Positions 1-8,933 of a stretch of 64,000 nucleotides of DNA are shown here, piece by piece. The first letter of the stretch is position 1, and every line of letters starts with the position of its first letter. The position numbers were made by a program, and so were the translations under genes. Where the stretch lies: contig JAAYVC010000037.1 of assembly GCA_012517375.1 (NCBI GenBank), positions 3,485-67,484 of the forward strand, in the 5' to 3' direction. The notes under the pieces were generated by a model. It made no database searches. It was not told the DNA's origin and saw only the letters and a list, made by a program, of their open reading frames with translations. The DNA is from a bacterium. GTDB lineage: Bacteria > Hydrothermota > Tepidihabitantia > B3-TA06.

Positions 1-705
1 GCCGTAATAGGCACCACCAAGTCCGACGCGTTCGATAACCTGTTCGAGGTATTCTCGTGCGTGAACGACCAGCCGTGGCGTCTCATCTGGTATCAGCTGC
101 TTCTGGGGATATTCGCCGTAGTCGGAATGGCGTTCCTCGCGTTCGCGAGCGTGAAGGCTCTGCAGCTGGGCCGCTGGATAGTCGGCATACTCATGAACGT
201 CTCGGCGGCGAAGAGCTCGGCGCAGGTGCTCTTCAAGCTCGACCTCATGATAAACGGCGCAGCGGACTACGTAAGACTCGTTCTGCCCGCCTGGCTCCAG
301 AACGTCTTGTTCTGGCTGCCGGTGCAGGTTCAGAACGCCTTCGGCTGGATAAAGGAAACGGTCAATCTGCCAAGCCTCATCCACACCGAGAACGTTGTAG
401 GTGCAGTCGGCAACTGGTCGGTTACCGTAGGCACCATTCTTTTGGCCATAACCTACCACTGCCTGATTCTCTTCGTGCTCGGTTTCGGGTCCGCCATATG
501 GTATTCGGGAAACACCCTCGTCTACCTCATCCTCGTGCGCAAAAAGGACGACCGCAACCTTCTTGAGATAAAGGACGAAGAGGTCGAGATACCCGAAAAG
601 CTTGAGGCCGAGACGCCCGCTCCGGAAGCCAAGCCCAAACGCACGGCAAAAGCCAAGAAGGCTCCGGCAAAGAAACCGGCTGCAAAAAAGCCTAAAAGGG
701 GTTAG
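1..705 (+). CDS. Hypothetical membrane protein, 5'-truncated, with Lys/Pro/Ala-rich tail
   Basis: Frame open from base 1; hydrophobic helices; tail KPKRTAKAKKAPAKKPAAKKPKRG; stop TAG at 703-705. Confidence 0.75.
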   Translation, partial: AVIGTTKSDAFDNLFEVFSCVNDQPWRLIWYQLLLGIFAVVGMAFLAFASVKALQLGRWIVGILMNVSAAKSSAQVLFKLDLMINGAADYVRLVLPAWLQNVLFWLPVQVQNAFGWIKETVNLPSLIHTENVVGAVGNWSVTVGTILLAITYHCLILFVLGFGSAIWYSGNTLVYLILVRKKDDRNLLEIKDEEVEIPEKLEAETPAPEAKPKRTAKAKKAPAKKPAAKKPKRG

Positions 706-756
706 GCTAAGCCCGGCCCCTGAACGCCCGAGCGCGCCGTAACACCCGCACTCGAT

Positions 757-3309
757 ATGTACTGCGTGCGCATACGGGTAACCGGGGCGGTTCAAGGGGT
801 AGGCTTCAGACCATTCTGTTACAGCCAGGCCGTAAAACACGGTCTGGCTGGTTTCGTTAAGAACGACCTTTCGGGCGTCGAGATAGCGCTCGAGGGTGAT
901 AGATCGGGGATTGAGGGGTTCATAGAAGCGTTGAGGAGCAAGCCGCCTCCTGCATCAAGGATATCGGGGATAGTGGTCGAGGAGGCACGCGCACAGGGAT
1001 TCGCGGGTTTCAAGATTATCGCAAGCGAGCGGGGCAACGCTTCGCAGGGGCTAGAGGTATCGGCAGACCTTGCAACATGCGAGGAGTGCAGGCGCGAGAT
1101 TTTTGACCCGGGCGACCGCAGATACGGGTACGCCTTCACCAACTGCACGGACTGCGGTCCACGATACACGATAATCAAGGACCTTCCCTACGACAGACCC
1201 ATGACTACGATGGAGGAGTTCAGGATGTGTTCGGACTGCCGCAGCGAGTACGAAAATCCTCTGGACAGGCGCTTTCATGCGCAGCCCAACGCCTGTAGCG
1301 TATGCGGTCCTGATGTGGCGCTGCTCGATTCCTCAGGCAGAGCGGTTGCATGCAGGAACCCTATTGAGGAGACCGCAGCCCTCATCGCCCGGGGTAGAAT
1401 CGTCGCGGTAAAAGGGCTTGGAGGCTACCACCTGGTCTGCGACGCATCAAGCGTCGGGGCGATACGCGAGCTGCGGCTGCGCAAAAAGAGACCGCACAAG
1501 GCGCTCGCACTCATGGCAAGGGATGTGGATGCGGCGAGAACGTACGCCCGCATAAGCTGGGAGGAGGAGAGGGTCTTGAAATCATCGTCCGCGCCGATAC
1601 TGCTCCTTGAGTGGAACGAACAGATGCCGCAGGAGCTCAAGGACGCCATAGCGCCCATGAGTCCGGGCGTCGGAATAATGCTCGCCTACACGCCCCTGCA
1701 TCACCTCTTGTTCACGCAGACCTTGGTCGACCCGTTGAGTACGGCTAAAGGTGTAGTCGTCGCGACGAGCGCCAACCGCGGGGACGAGCCCCTGATAGCG
1801 GATGAACGCGAGCTCTTCGAACGTCTCACAGGCGTCTTCGACGCGGCACTCGTGCACAACAGAAGGATAAAGAACCGCATAGACGATTCCGTCGGTTTCT
1901 TTCTGCCTCTCAACCGGGGCTTGAAGGCAGAGAGCCAGGCTGAGTCAGGAATAGTGTCCCCAAGTGAATCTCTAGGATTCGCTTGGGGTGATGGTTTCTA
2001 TCTCGTGCGCAGGGCGCGAGGGTTTGCTCCGCAACCGTTCCGGACCCCGTTCGAGTTTCCCCCGATGCTCTCCGTGGGCGCCGAGATGAAGGGGTCTTTC
2101 GCACTGTCTGAGGGTTCAAGGCTCTGGCTCTCTCCCCATGTAGGCGAGCTGACGAACCGCAGAACGATAGAGTTTTTCGAGGAGACGCTCGAGACCTACA
2201 TGAGATGGTTCAGGGTTAAGCCCGGCGTCGTCGTGGCCGACATGCACCCCGACTACCTCTCCACGCGCTGGGCCGAGCGCTTCTCGCAGGAGAAGGGGAT
2301 CCCCCTTGTGGGAGTCCAGCACCACCACGCGCACATAGCGTCCGTTATCTTCGAGCACACGCTCACAGAGCCCGTCATCGGTCTCGCGCTCGACGGAACC
2401 GGGTACGGAGCGCAACCCACAGAAAAGCAAGGCTTTTCTATGGGAACCCAAGCTAAAGAGATTGACCGCGGAGCAGATGCTGACAATCAAAGAAACGCCG
2501 TGATTTCGTCTGAAGAACCGAGTGGGGTAGGCAGTATTTGGGGCTGCGAGCTCCTCTACGTCCCAGACGAAGGCGCACGATATGAGAGGCTCGGTCATCT
2601 TTTGCCCCTGGCGCTCGCGGGCGGAGAGCTTGCCATCAGGAGACCGCGAAGGATGGCCGCAGGCGTGGTGGCAGACCTGTTCGGCTCCGACAAGGCAGTC
2701 GAACTCTTCGGCAGGGAGGCCGAGATAGTGTCCGCTCAGCTCGCAGGCGGGCGGACGGCGCGGGTAGCGCGGGTAGCGCGAGGAGGGCGAGGAGGGCTGG
2801 AAGTAGTGAGGGCATCGAGCGCTGGCAGGCTCTTCGATACGGTTGCCGGCATCCTCGGCCTGGTGGATGAGATAACGTACGAGGCACAGGCGGCCGTTGC
2901 GCTCGAATGGCTGGCGGTTTCCGCATTCGAGGATGGCCTGGGGGGCTATCCATTCGATATAACCCCGGAGCGGTTGATTGACCCGAAGCCGTGCCTTTCC
3001 GAGATACTCGCGGATTTAGAGAAGGGAAGGGACAAGAGCGTGATTGCGGCCCGGTTCCACAAGGGTTTTGCCGACGCGCTCGTCTTGTGGGCGCTTAAGG
3101 CCGCAGAGGAGAAGGGCGCAAGCACCATCGCGGCATCAGGCGGCGTGCTGGCGAACCGCTTGCTGCAGCGGTTTCTGGGCGCAGGCGCACAGGAGCGCGG
3201 ACTGCGTTTCTACACCACTAAGCTGGTGCCGTCTACGGACGGAGGAATCGCTGTCGGACAACTTCAAGTAGCAGCGAAACTTGCCCAACTGGGACTGATT
3301 AAGAAATAA
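757..3309 (+). CDS. hypF: Carbamoyltransferase HypF (hydrogenase maturation)
   Basis: Acylphosphatase motif VQGVGFRPF; zinc fingers CEEC..CTDC and CSDC..CSVC; KGLGGYHL; QHHHAH; DGTGYG; SSAGRLFD; DGGIAVGQ. Confidence 0.97.
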   Translation: MYCVRIRVTGAVQGVGFRPFCYSQAVKHGLAGFVKNDLSGVEIALEGDRSGIEGFIEALRSKPPPASRISGIVVEEARAQGFAGFKIIASERGNASQGLEVSADLATCEECRREIFDPGDRRYGYAFTNCTDCGPRYTIIKDLPYDRPMTTMEEFRMCSDCRSEYENPLDRRFHAQPNACSVCGPDVALLDSSGRAVACRNPIEETAALIARGRIVAVKGLGGYHLVCDASSVGAIRELRLRKKRPHKALALMARDVDAARTYARISWEEERVLKSSSAPILLLEWNEQMPQELKDAIAPMSPGVGIMLAYTPLHHLLFTQTLVDPLSTAKGVVVATSANRGDEPLIADERELFERLTGVFDAALVHNRRIKNRIDDSVGFFLPLNRGLKAESQAESGIVSPSESLGFAWGDGFYLVRRARGFAPQPFRTPFEFPPMLSVGAEMKGSFALSEGSRLWLSPHVGELTNRRTIEFFEETLETYMRWFRVKPGVVVADMHPDYLSTRWAERFSQEKGIPLVGVQHHHAHIASVIFEHTLTEPVIGLALDGTGYGAQPTEKQGFSMGTQAKEIDRGADADNQRNAVISSEEPSGVGSIWGCELLYVPDEGARYERLGHLLPLALAGGELAIRRPRRMAAGVVADLFGSDKAVELFGREAEIVSAQLAGGRTARVARVARGGRGGLEVVRASSAGRLFDTVAGILGLVDEITYEAQAAVALEWLAVSAFEDGLGGYPFDITPERLIDPKPCLSEILADLEKGRDKSVIAARFHKGFADALVLWALKAAEEKGASTIAASGGVLANRLLQRFLGAGAQERGLRFYTTKLVPSTDGGIAVGQLQVAAKLAQLGLIKK

Positions 3310-3314
3310 TATAC

Positions 3315-3342
3315 TTGACAACGCTCCGAGAAAGAGTATATT
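3315..3342 (+). promoter_or_regulatory. Sigma-70 promoter of dnaA
   Basis: TTGACA-16 bp-TATATT. Confidence 0.65.
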
Positions 3343-3421
3343 TCATCTATCCCCAATCGTCCCGTTCATCGGGAGTGCCAGGGTCAAGCTTTTAAAAATG
3401 GTGATTTATGACTGATATGCG

Positions 3422-3442
3422 TGTGGATAACTTTGTGGATAA
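3422..3442 (-). promoter_or_regulatory. Two perfect DnaA boxes upstream of dnaA
   Basis: TGTGGATAA at 3422-3430 and 3434-3442 (reverse complement TTATCCACA). Confidence 0.9.
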
Positions 3443-3475
3443 GTTTTTTATTTCGATGTCCGTGGAGGAGAACAA

Positions 3476-4798
3476 GTGACTGAAGCGACGCTTTGGAACA
3501 ACGTACTGGAAAGGCTCAGGGCGCGAATACCCGAAGAGGGGTTCAACACCTGGTTCAAACCGACGCGCTTCGTCGAGAAGCGTGAGAACACGATACTTGT
3601 CGAGGTGCCGAATCCGTTCTTCGTGGAGTGGATTGAAGAGTACTACGGCAAAGCGCTGGCAGAGGCCCTGGCTGATCTCGACTCGGGCGGCTTAAGGGTC
3701 GCTTTTCAGGCGCGCAAGGTAGACCCAGGTGCGGCAAGGCCGAAGTTCGTTCGCAGACGCATCGTTTACGCCCAGGACGGTTCAAGGCTGCAGGAGCGCT
3801 ACACGTTCACGAACTTCGTGGTCGGCGAACACAACCGTTTTGCCCACGCCGCTGCCCTGGCAGTTGCCGAGGCGCCATCCGATGTCTACAATCCTTTGTT
3901 CATCTACGGGGGGGTCGGGCTTGGCAAGACCCACCTGGTGCAGGCGATAGGCAATTATCTCGTCAGGACAAGGCCGAAGCTGTCAGTGGCCTACATACCT
4001 GCCGAAACGCTGTTCATAGAACTCATTGACGCCGTTGAGAAGAACACCAGGATGGAGTTCAAGAACCGCTACCGCTCGAAGGACATACTTCTCATAGACG
4101 ACATTCATTTCCTGAGAGGGAAGGAGTCTCTCCAGGAGGAGATTTTCCACCTGTTCAATCACCTGTACGAGGGCGGAAAGCAGGTGGTGCTGACATCGGA
4201 CCGGCCGCCGCGCGAGATACCGACTCTAGAGGAACGACTCGCTTCACGCTTTGCCGGAGGTCTTGTAGTCGATATCCAGCCTCCCGACATAGAGACGAGG
4301 ATAGCGATCCTTCGCTCCAAGGCTGACACCGAGGGCCAGGTTCTTCCCCAGGACGTCGCATACTTCATAGCCTCACGCGTTCGCTCCAATATCCGCGAAC
4401 TCGAGGGCACGCTCATAAGGCTTCTTGCGCTCTCCTCGCTGACAGGACGTTCCCTTACGACGAATCTTGCCGAGGAGGTCCTTCACGAGCTTTTGAGGAA
4501 CAGGCCTAAGACCACGCCTGCAAGAATAGCCAAGCACGTTGCAAGAACCTTTAATATCTCTACCGAAGAGATGCTCTCGCGCAGCCGCACCGCTAATCTT
4601 GCGCTTGCAAGACAGTCCGCGATGTTCCTCATGCGCAAGATACTGGGACTTCCGCTTAAGGAGATAGGCCGCTTCTTCGGCGGCAAGGATCACACCACTG
4701 TCATTCACGCCATTGAAAAGGTTCGGCGGCTTACCGAGGAGGACGCCGAGTTCAAAGACCAGCTCTTCGGAATCGAACAGAGAATAAACCGGAGCTGA
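3476..4798 (+). CDS. dnaA: Chromosomal replication initiator DnaA
   Basis: YNPLFIYGGVGLGKTHL; LLIDDIHF; RLASRF; NIRELEG; GGKDHTTVIHA; SD GGAGGAG before GTG. Confidence 0.99.
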   Translation: MTEATLWNNVLERLRARIPEEGFNTWFKPTRFVEKRENTILVEVPNPFFVEWIEEYYGKALAEALADLDSGGLRVAFQARKVDPGAARPKFVRRRIVYAQDGSRLQERYTFTNFVVGEHNRFAHAAALAVAEAPSDVYNPLFIYGGVGLGKTHLVQAIGNYLVRTRPKLSVAYIPAETLFIELIDAVEKNTRMEFKNRYRSKDILLIDDIHFLRGKESLQEEIFHLFNHLYEGGKQVVLTSDRPPREIPTLEERLASRFAGGLVVDIQPPDIETRIAILRSKADTEGQVLPQDVAYFIASRVRSNIRELEGTLIRLLALSSLTGRSLTTNLAEEVLHELLRNRPKTTPARIAKHVARTFNISTEEMLSRSRTANLALARQSAMFLMRKILGLPLKEIGRFFGGKDHTTVIHAIEKVRRLTEEDAEFKDQLFGIEQRINRS

Positions 4799-5029
4799 AC
4801 CGCGATGTGGAAATACCTGTTAAAAACATGTGTCGATTATTGTGGGCAGCCCAGGCAAGAAGGATATTTTCAACATCTATCCCCCGAATTCTACAAACTT
4901 TTCAACAATTCTCTAGGAAAGTAAGTTGCACATGAAAGTTATTTATAATAAAATCCACTATTTCAACATTGACAACAACAACAACAAGAGTAAGATTCAA
5001 TTTATGAATGTTGCTGAATTAGAGGAGGA
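4799..5029. other. Probable oriC (dnaA-dnaN intergenic)
   Basis: AT-rich; degenerate DnaA boxes (TGTGGAAAT, TTTTCAACA x2, CTATCCCCC, AAATCCACT, ATTTCAACA); trinucleotide run (CAA)5 at 4973-4987. Confidence 0.8.
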
Positions 5030-6133
5030 ATGATGTGGTTTAAACTTGAAAGAAATCTTCTTGAAGAGTTAATCGAAAGGGTAGTACCCGTCATTCCGTC
5101 GCGTACACCCTATCCTATCATTCAAAACATCCTTTGCTCCACCGAGCACGGAAAACTCAGTTTTCTGGCGACCGATCTTGATATCTACGTCAAGACATGG
5201 ACTGTTCTGAAAGCCAAAGAAGAGTCAAAGATACTTCTTCCCGGAAGAAAACTCCTGGGCATCGTCAAAGAAAGCAACGCCGACGAGATGGAGTTCACAA
5301 GGGAGGAAAACAAGATAATAGTCAAGGCCGGCAGAAGCGTATTCAAGATGCCTATCCTCGACGCCGAGGAGTTTCCAAGAATGTTTGAGCTGCCTCAGGA
5401 AACAAGATTCAGCGTTGACGGCAAGGATTTGAGGCGAATATTCGAAGCGGTCGAGTTTGCGGTCTCCAAAGGCGAGGACAGACCTGCAATGACAGGCATT
5501 TACTGGGAGCTTAAGAACGAACGAAACAGGATGGTCGCCACCGACGGCCATCGCATGGCAGTGAGCGAGGATAAGAACAGCGTACCGAAGATAGAGGAGC
5601 GCTCGCAGATTCTTCCCACTAAGATATTCAACTTCTTCCCCAAGGAGATTGACGGTCCTATAGATGTTTCAATGGACAACACGAAGATAGGTCTCTCCTT
5701 CAACTCAACAGAGGTCGTCTCAAGACTCATCGAGGGACCGTATCCGGACTATGAAAAGGTCATACCCAAGGAGATAAAAAACGTTCTCACTGTCAGCCGG
5801 GAAGAGTTTACGTCCGCTCTCCGCAGGATGATGATCTTCACTAACCAGGTTACGCGGCAGATAAAGCTCGTTTTAGGAAAGAAGACTCTTGAGATATCGT
5901 CCTTCTCTCCAGAGGGAGAGGAGGCGCACGAGGAGTTGACCGCCAGCTACAAGGGCGAAAGCTTCGAGGTCGCCTACAATGGCTCCTATCTTCTCGATAT
6001 AATGCGCCATATCGAGACGGAAGACGTTGTATTCGACATAACGGGCGCGCTTTCTGCAGCGCTCATTCACGGTTCGGGCACAAAAGATGAGCAGGTCCGC
6101 TTCTATCTCTTGATGCCCATACTTCTCGATTAA
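5030..6133 (+). CDS. dnaN: DNA polymerase III beta clamp
   Basis: ATDLD; VATDGHRM; SRLIEGPYPDY; C-terminal LLMPI; follows dnaA. Confidence 0.98.
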   Translation: MMWFKLERNLLEELIERVVPVIPSRTPYPIIQNILCSTEHGKLSFLATDLDIYVKTWTVLKAKEESKILLPGRKLLGIVKESNADEMEFTREENKIIVKAGRSVFKMPILDAEEFPRMFELPQETRFSVDGKDLRRIFEAVEFAVSKGEDRPAMTGIYWELKNERNRMVATDGHRMAVSEDKNSVPKIEERSQILPTKIFNFFPKEIDGPIDVSMDNTKIGLSFNSTEVVSRLIEGPYPDYEKVIPKEIKNVLTVSREEFTSALRRMMIFTNQVTRQIKLVLGKKTLEISSFSPEGEEAHEELTASYKGESFEVAYNGSYLLDIMRHIETEDVVFDITGALSAALIHGSGTKDEQVRFYLLMPILLD

Positions 6134-6204
6134 AAGAAAAGCCTGAGCGGGATGCGGGCAGGGCGCAGTAAAGCATTGAGATTGTAGCACGAATAAGAAA
6201 AAAC

Positions 6205-6232
6205 TTGACACGATACTAATTTATTCTACAAT
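6205..6232 (+). promoter_or_regulatory. Sigma-70 promoter of tRNA-Leu
   Basis: TTGACA-16 bp-TACAAT. Confidence 0.75.
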
Positions 6233-6245
6233 TGAGTTTTGAATA

Positions 6246-6329
6246 GCCGAAGTGGTGGAATTGGCATACGCGGCGGACTCAAAATCCGTTGGAGCTTGCT
6301 CCGTGAGGGTTCGACTCCCTCCTTCGGCA
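6246..6329 (+). tRNA. tRNA-Leu(CAA), CCA not encoded
   Basis: Acceptor GCCGAAG/CTTCGGC-A; D arm GGTGGAATTGGCATAC; anticodon arm GCGGA-CTCAAAA-TCCGT; long variable arm; T loop TTCGACT. Confidence 0.96.
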
Positions 6330-6338
6330 TAAAAAAAT

Positions 6339-6376
6339 CCCACGTAAAAACACTATGTGTTTTTACGTGGGGACCC
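6339..6376. repeat. Perfect 15-bp hairpin; REP-like family member and possible terminator
   Basis: CCCACGTAAAAACAC-TAT-GTGTTTTTACGTGGG-GACCC. Confidence 0.7.
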
Positions 6377-6404
6377 TTGAAATAAATATTCCGGAGGATT
6401 ATAA

Positions 6405-7070
6405 ATGCCTATTCTTAGAGATGAAGACAAGAAATACATCACTGAACAATTCAACGCGAAGTTAACGAGTCAAGTAAAGATACTGCTTTTTTCACAGAAT
6501 CTTGAATGCGAGTACTGCAAGCCTACGGAAGAGATAATGACCGAGCTCGCATCACTCTCGGAAAAGCTCACGCTCGATATACGCAATCTCGCAATAGAAA
6601 GCGAGGATGCGAAGAGCTACGGCGTCGACAAGGTGCCTGCCGTAATCCTTCTCGGCGAAGGCGACAAGGATTACGGTATCAGGTTTTTCGGCGTACCCTC
6701 GGGCTACGAGTTTTCCACCCTTCTCGCGGACATAATAGACGTATCGAACGGAAAATCCGATCTCGATGCCGAGAGCGTATCAAAGATACAATCGGTTGCC
6801 TCGCCTGTGGACATTAAGGTCTTCGTGACTCCGACCTGTCCCTACTGCCCTGCCGCAGTCCGCGCCGCGCACAAGATTGCAATGGCAAATCCCGGGTACG
6901 TCCGCGCGGAGATGATAGAATCCGTCGAGTTCCCTCATCTTGCAAACCGCTATGCGGTGTACGGCGTTCCGAAAACGATAATTAACGAGAAGACCCAGTT
7001 CGAGGGCGCATTGCCTGACCAGGCCGTTGTCGAGCATGTGCTGAGCGCTCTTAAAGTATCGGGCGCATAA
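6405..7070 (+). CDS. Protein disulfide oxidoreductase (two thioredoxin folds, AhpF-NTD-like)
   Basis: CEYC and CPYC sites; GVPSGYEF; YGVPKT. Confidence 0.92.
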   Translation: MPILRDEDKKYITEQFNAKLTSQVKILLFSQNLECEYCKPTEEIMTELASLSEKLTLDIRNLAIESEDAKSYGVDKVPAVILLGEGDKDYGIRFFGVPSGYEFSTLLADIIDVSNGKSDLDAESVSKIQSVASPVDIKVFVTPTCPYCPAAVRAAHKIAMANPGYVRAEMIESVEFPHLANRYAVYGVPKTIINEKTQFEGALPDQAVVEHVLSALKVSGA

Positions 7071-7080
7071 GCGAGGCATT

Positions 7081-8043
7081 ATGGAGTTTTCGTTCTCGGT
7101 CGAGGCACCCAAGTCAACTGACGTCAAGGATTCATACGACGTCGTCATAATAGGCGGAGGACCTACAGGACTCACGGCAGCCATCTACTCCGCTCGCGCC
7201 AGCCTCTCCACCCTCGTCGTGGAGAAGGGAGTGACAGGCGGTCTTGTAACCGCGACTGAATTGATTGAGAACTACCCCGGATTTCCTGAAGGCGTTCAAG
7301 GCTCCGAACTCGGACGCTCGATGGAAGCTCAGGCTAAACGATTCGGCGCCGAGGTCTTCCACGGAGAACCGGGGATTGTAGATCTCACCTCAAGCCCTAA
7401 ACTCCTTAAAATAGGCGGAAAGGACGTCAAGGCGAGAGCGGTTATAGTCGCAACAGGCACCACCCATAAGAAGATAGGGGTCCCGGGAGAACGTGAGCTC
7501 GCAGGGCGCGGTGTTTCCTACTGCGCCACATGCGACGGACCATTCTTCAAGGATAAGGAAATAGTTGTCGTAGGCGCCGGAAACTCAGGCGTGCAGGAAT
7601 CGGTCTTTCTCGCCAAGTACGCATCAAAAATCACCATAGTCGAATTCCTGCCTACAATACAGGCCGAGCGCATACTCGTAGACCGTTTTCTTGCCACAGG
7701 CATCGGCTCGTTCATCACCAATCACGAGGTCGTAGCAATAGAAGGTTCGGAAAGCGTGACGGGCGTCCGCATTCGTTCGCGGGAGTCCGGGGAGGAGGAG
7801 AAGATTCCCTGCTCGGGCGTATTCATCTGGGTAGGTCTTCTTCCAGAGACCGGATCCTTCAAAGAGACGCTCGAGCTCGATAAATTGGGCTTCATAAAGA
7901 CCGATGAACATCTCAGAACGAGCATCGAAGGCGTTTGGGCCGCAGGCGACGTTGTTTCAGGAGCCACGCGCCAGATTGCCGCGGCAGTCGGTTCGGGTGC
8001 AACGGCAGCGATTGAGGTCGAACACTACCTCGCTTCGCGTTAA
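7081..8043 (+). CDS. trxB: Thioredoxin-disulfide reductase
   Basis: GGGPTG; GVSYCATCDG; VGAGNSG; AAGDV. Confidence 0.96.
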   Translation: MEFSFSVEAPKSTDVKDSYDVVIIGGGPTGLTAAIYSARASLSTLVVEKGVTGGLVTATELIENYPGFPEGVQGSELGRSMEAQAKRFGAEVFHGEPGIVDLTSSPKLLKIGGKDVKARAVIVATGTTHKKIGVPGERELAGRGVSYCATCDGPFFKDKEIVVVGAGNSGVQESVFLAKYASKITIVEFLPTIQAERILVDRFLATGIGSFITNHEVVAIEGSESVTGVRIRSRESGEEEKIPCSGVFIWVGLLPETGSFKETLELDKLGFIKTDEHLRTSIEGVWAAGDVVSGATRQIAAAVGSGATAAIEVEHYLASR

Positions 8044-8068
8044 CATCTTAATAATTGAGAGGATAAAC

Positions 8069-8638
8069 ATGAGATTTATCAACATTTTACTGGCTTCCCT
8101 TCTCGGGGCGGTCATACTCGCAGGATGCGGGGTAAACGGAAAGCCTAAGTCCGCTCAAAACACGGGCGATGTCACGGATGCCGCGTCCGGCTCGCAGTCC
8201 GGGGATGCGGAGAAGGAAAGAAAACTTGCTCCGGATTTCACGCTCGCAGATATGAACGGTAAAGCCCACACCCTGTCCAAGTACCAGGGCAAGGTCGTCC
8301 TTATCGATTTCTGGGCGTCCTGGTGCCCGCCGTGCAGGGCTGAGATTCCCCACCTCGTAAAGATTTACGAAAAGTATAAGAGCGACGGACTCGTAATCCT
8401 AGGGGTAGGGCTTGATAAAAAGGAAAATCTCGCTACAATCTCAAAGGAACTCGGAATAACCTACACCGTTCTCGTTGACGACCGGAGCGTAACGGGCAGG
8501 CTCTACGACGTAAAGGGGATTCCGAGAACGCTCATGCTCGACAGGAAGGGAAGAATAGCAGCCGACCACACCGGCTTCGCCGAAGGGATGGAATCGGAGC
8601 TGGAAGGCGAAGTCAAAAAGCTGCTTAGCGAGAAATAG
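8069..8638 (+). CDS. TlpA/ResA-family thiol-disulfide oxidoreductase lipoprotein
   Basis: ATG 8069 after GAGG; lipobox ILAGC; APDFTL; DFWASWCPPC; GIP. Confidence 0.92.
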   Translation: MRFINILLASLLGAVILAGCGVNGKPKSAQNTGDVTDAASGSQSGDAEKERKLAPDFTLADMNGKAHTLSKYQGKVVLIDFWASWCPPCRAEIPHLVKIYEKYKSDGLVILGVGLDKKENLATISKELGITYTVLVDDRSVTGRLYDVKGIPRTLMLDRKGRIAADHTGFAEGMESELEGEVKKLLSEK

Positions 8639-8796
8639 GCGAACGTAAGCCGCTCCTGAATCACGCATCAGTGAGAGGATACCTGGGCAGGCGTGAAGAT
8701 AATTGATTCGGGGGTAGTTCTGTAACGCCCCCGACTGGAAAACATAAAAAGGATTGCCTCACGTTATGGTTAATGGGACTCCTCATTATTATTTGA

Positions 8797-8824
8797 GGCA
8801 ACCCGTTGAATACAGGTTGCGTCT
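8797..8824 (+). promoter_or_regulatory. Possible ECF-type promoter upstream of degP
   Basis: GGCAAC-17 bp-CGTCT resembles AAC/CGT ECF motifs; no TTGACA promoter seen here. Confidence 0.3.
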
Positions 8825-8933
8825 TAATGACTTGAAACCGGAGAGACACTTACCACCGGTTATCAAGACAAGAACAAAGACTCGGAAGCAAACAACTTTC
8901 GGGAATATGTAATTTAAGGAGGTTTTTAAGAAC

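Noticed and set aside
6246-6400. tRNA-Leu as an integration site
   Set aside because: No integrase nearby and no duplicated tRNA 3' end noticed in the window.
7904-8068. Long N-terminal extensions in the ORF track (TlpA; also Mrp 49395, ArsC 46788, HMA 43541, BtuB 28043)
   Set aside because: They overlap upstream genes or leaders; downstream starts have better SD sequences and match family N-termini.
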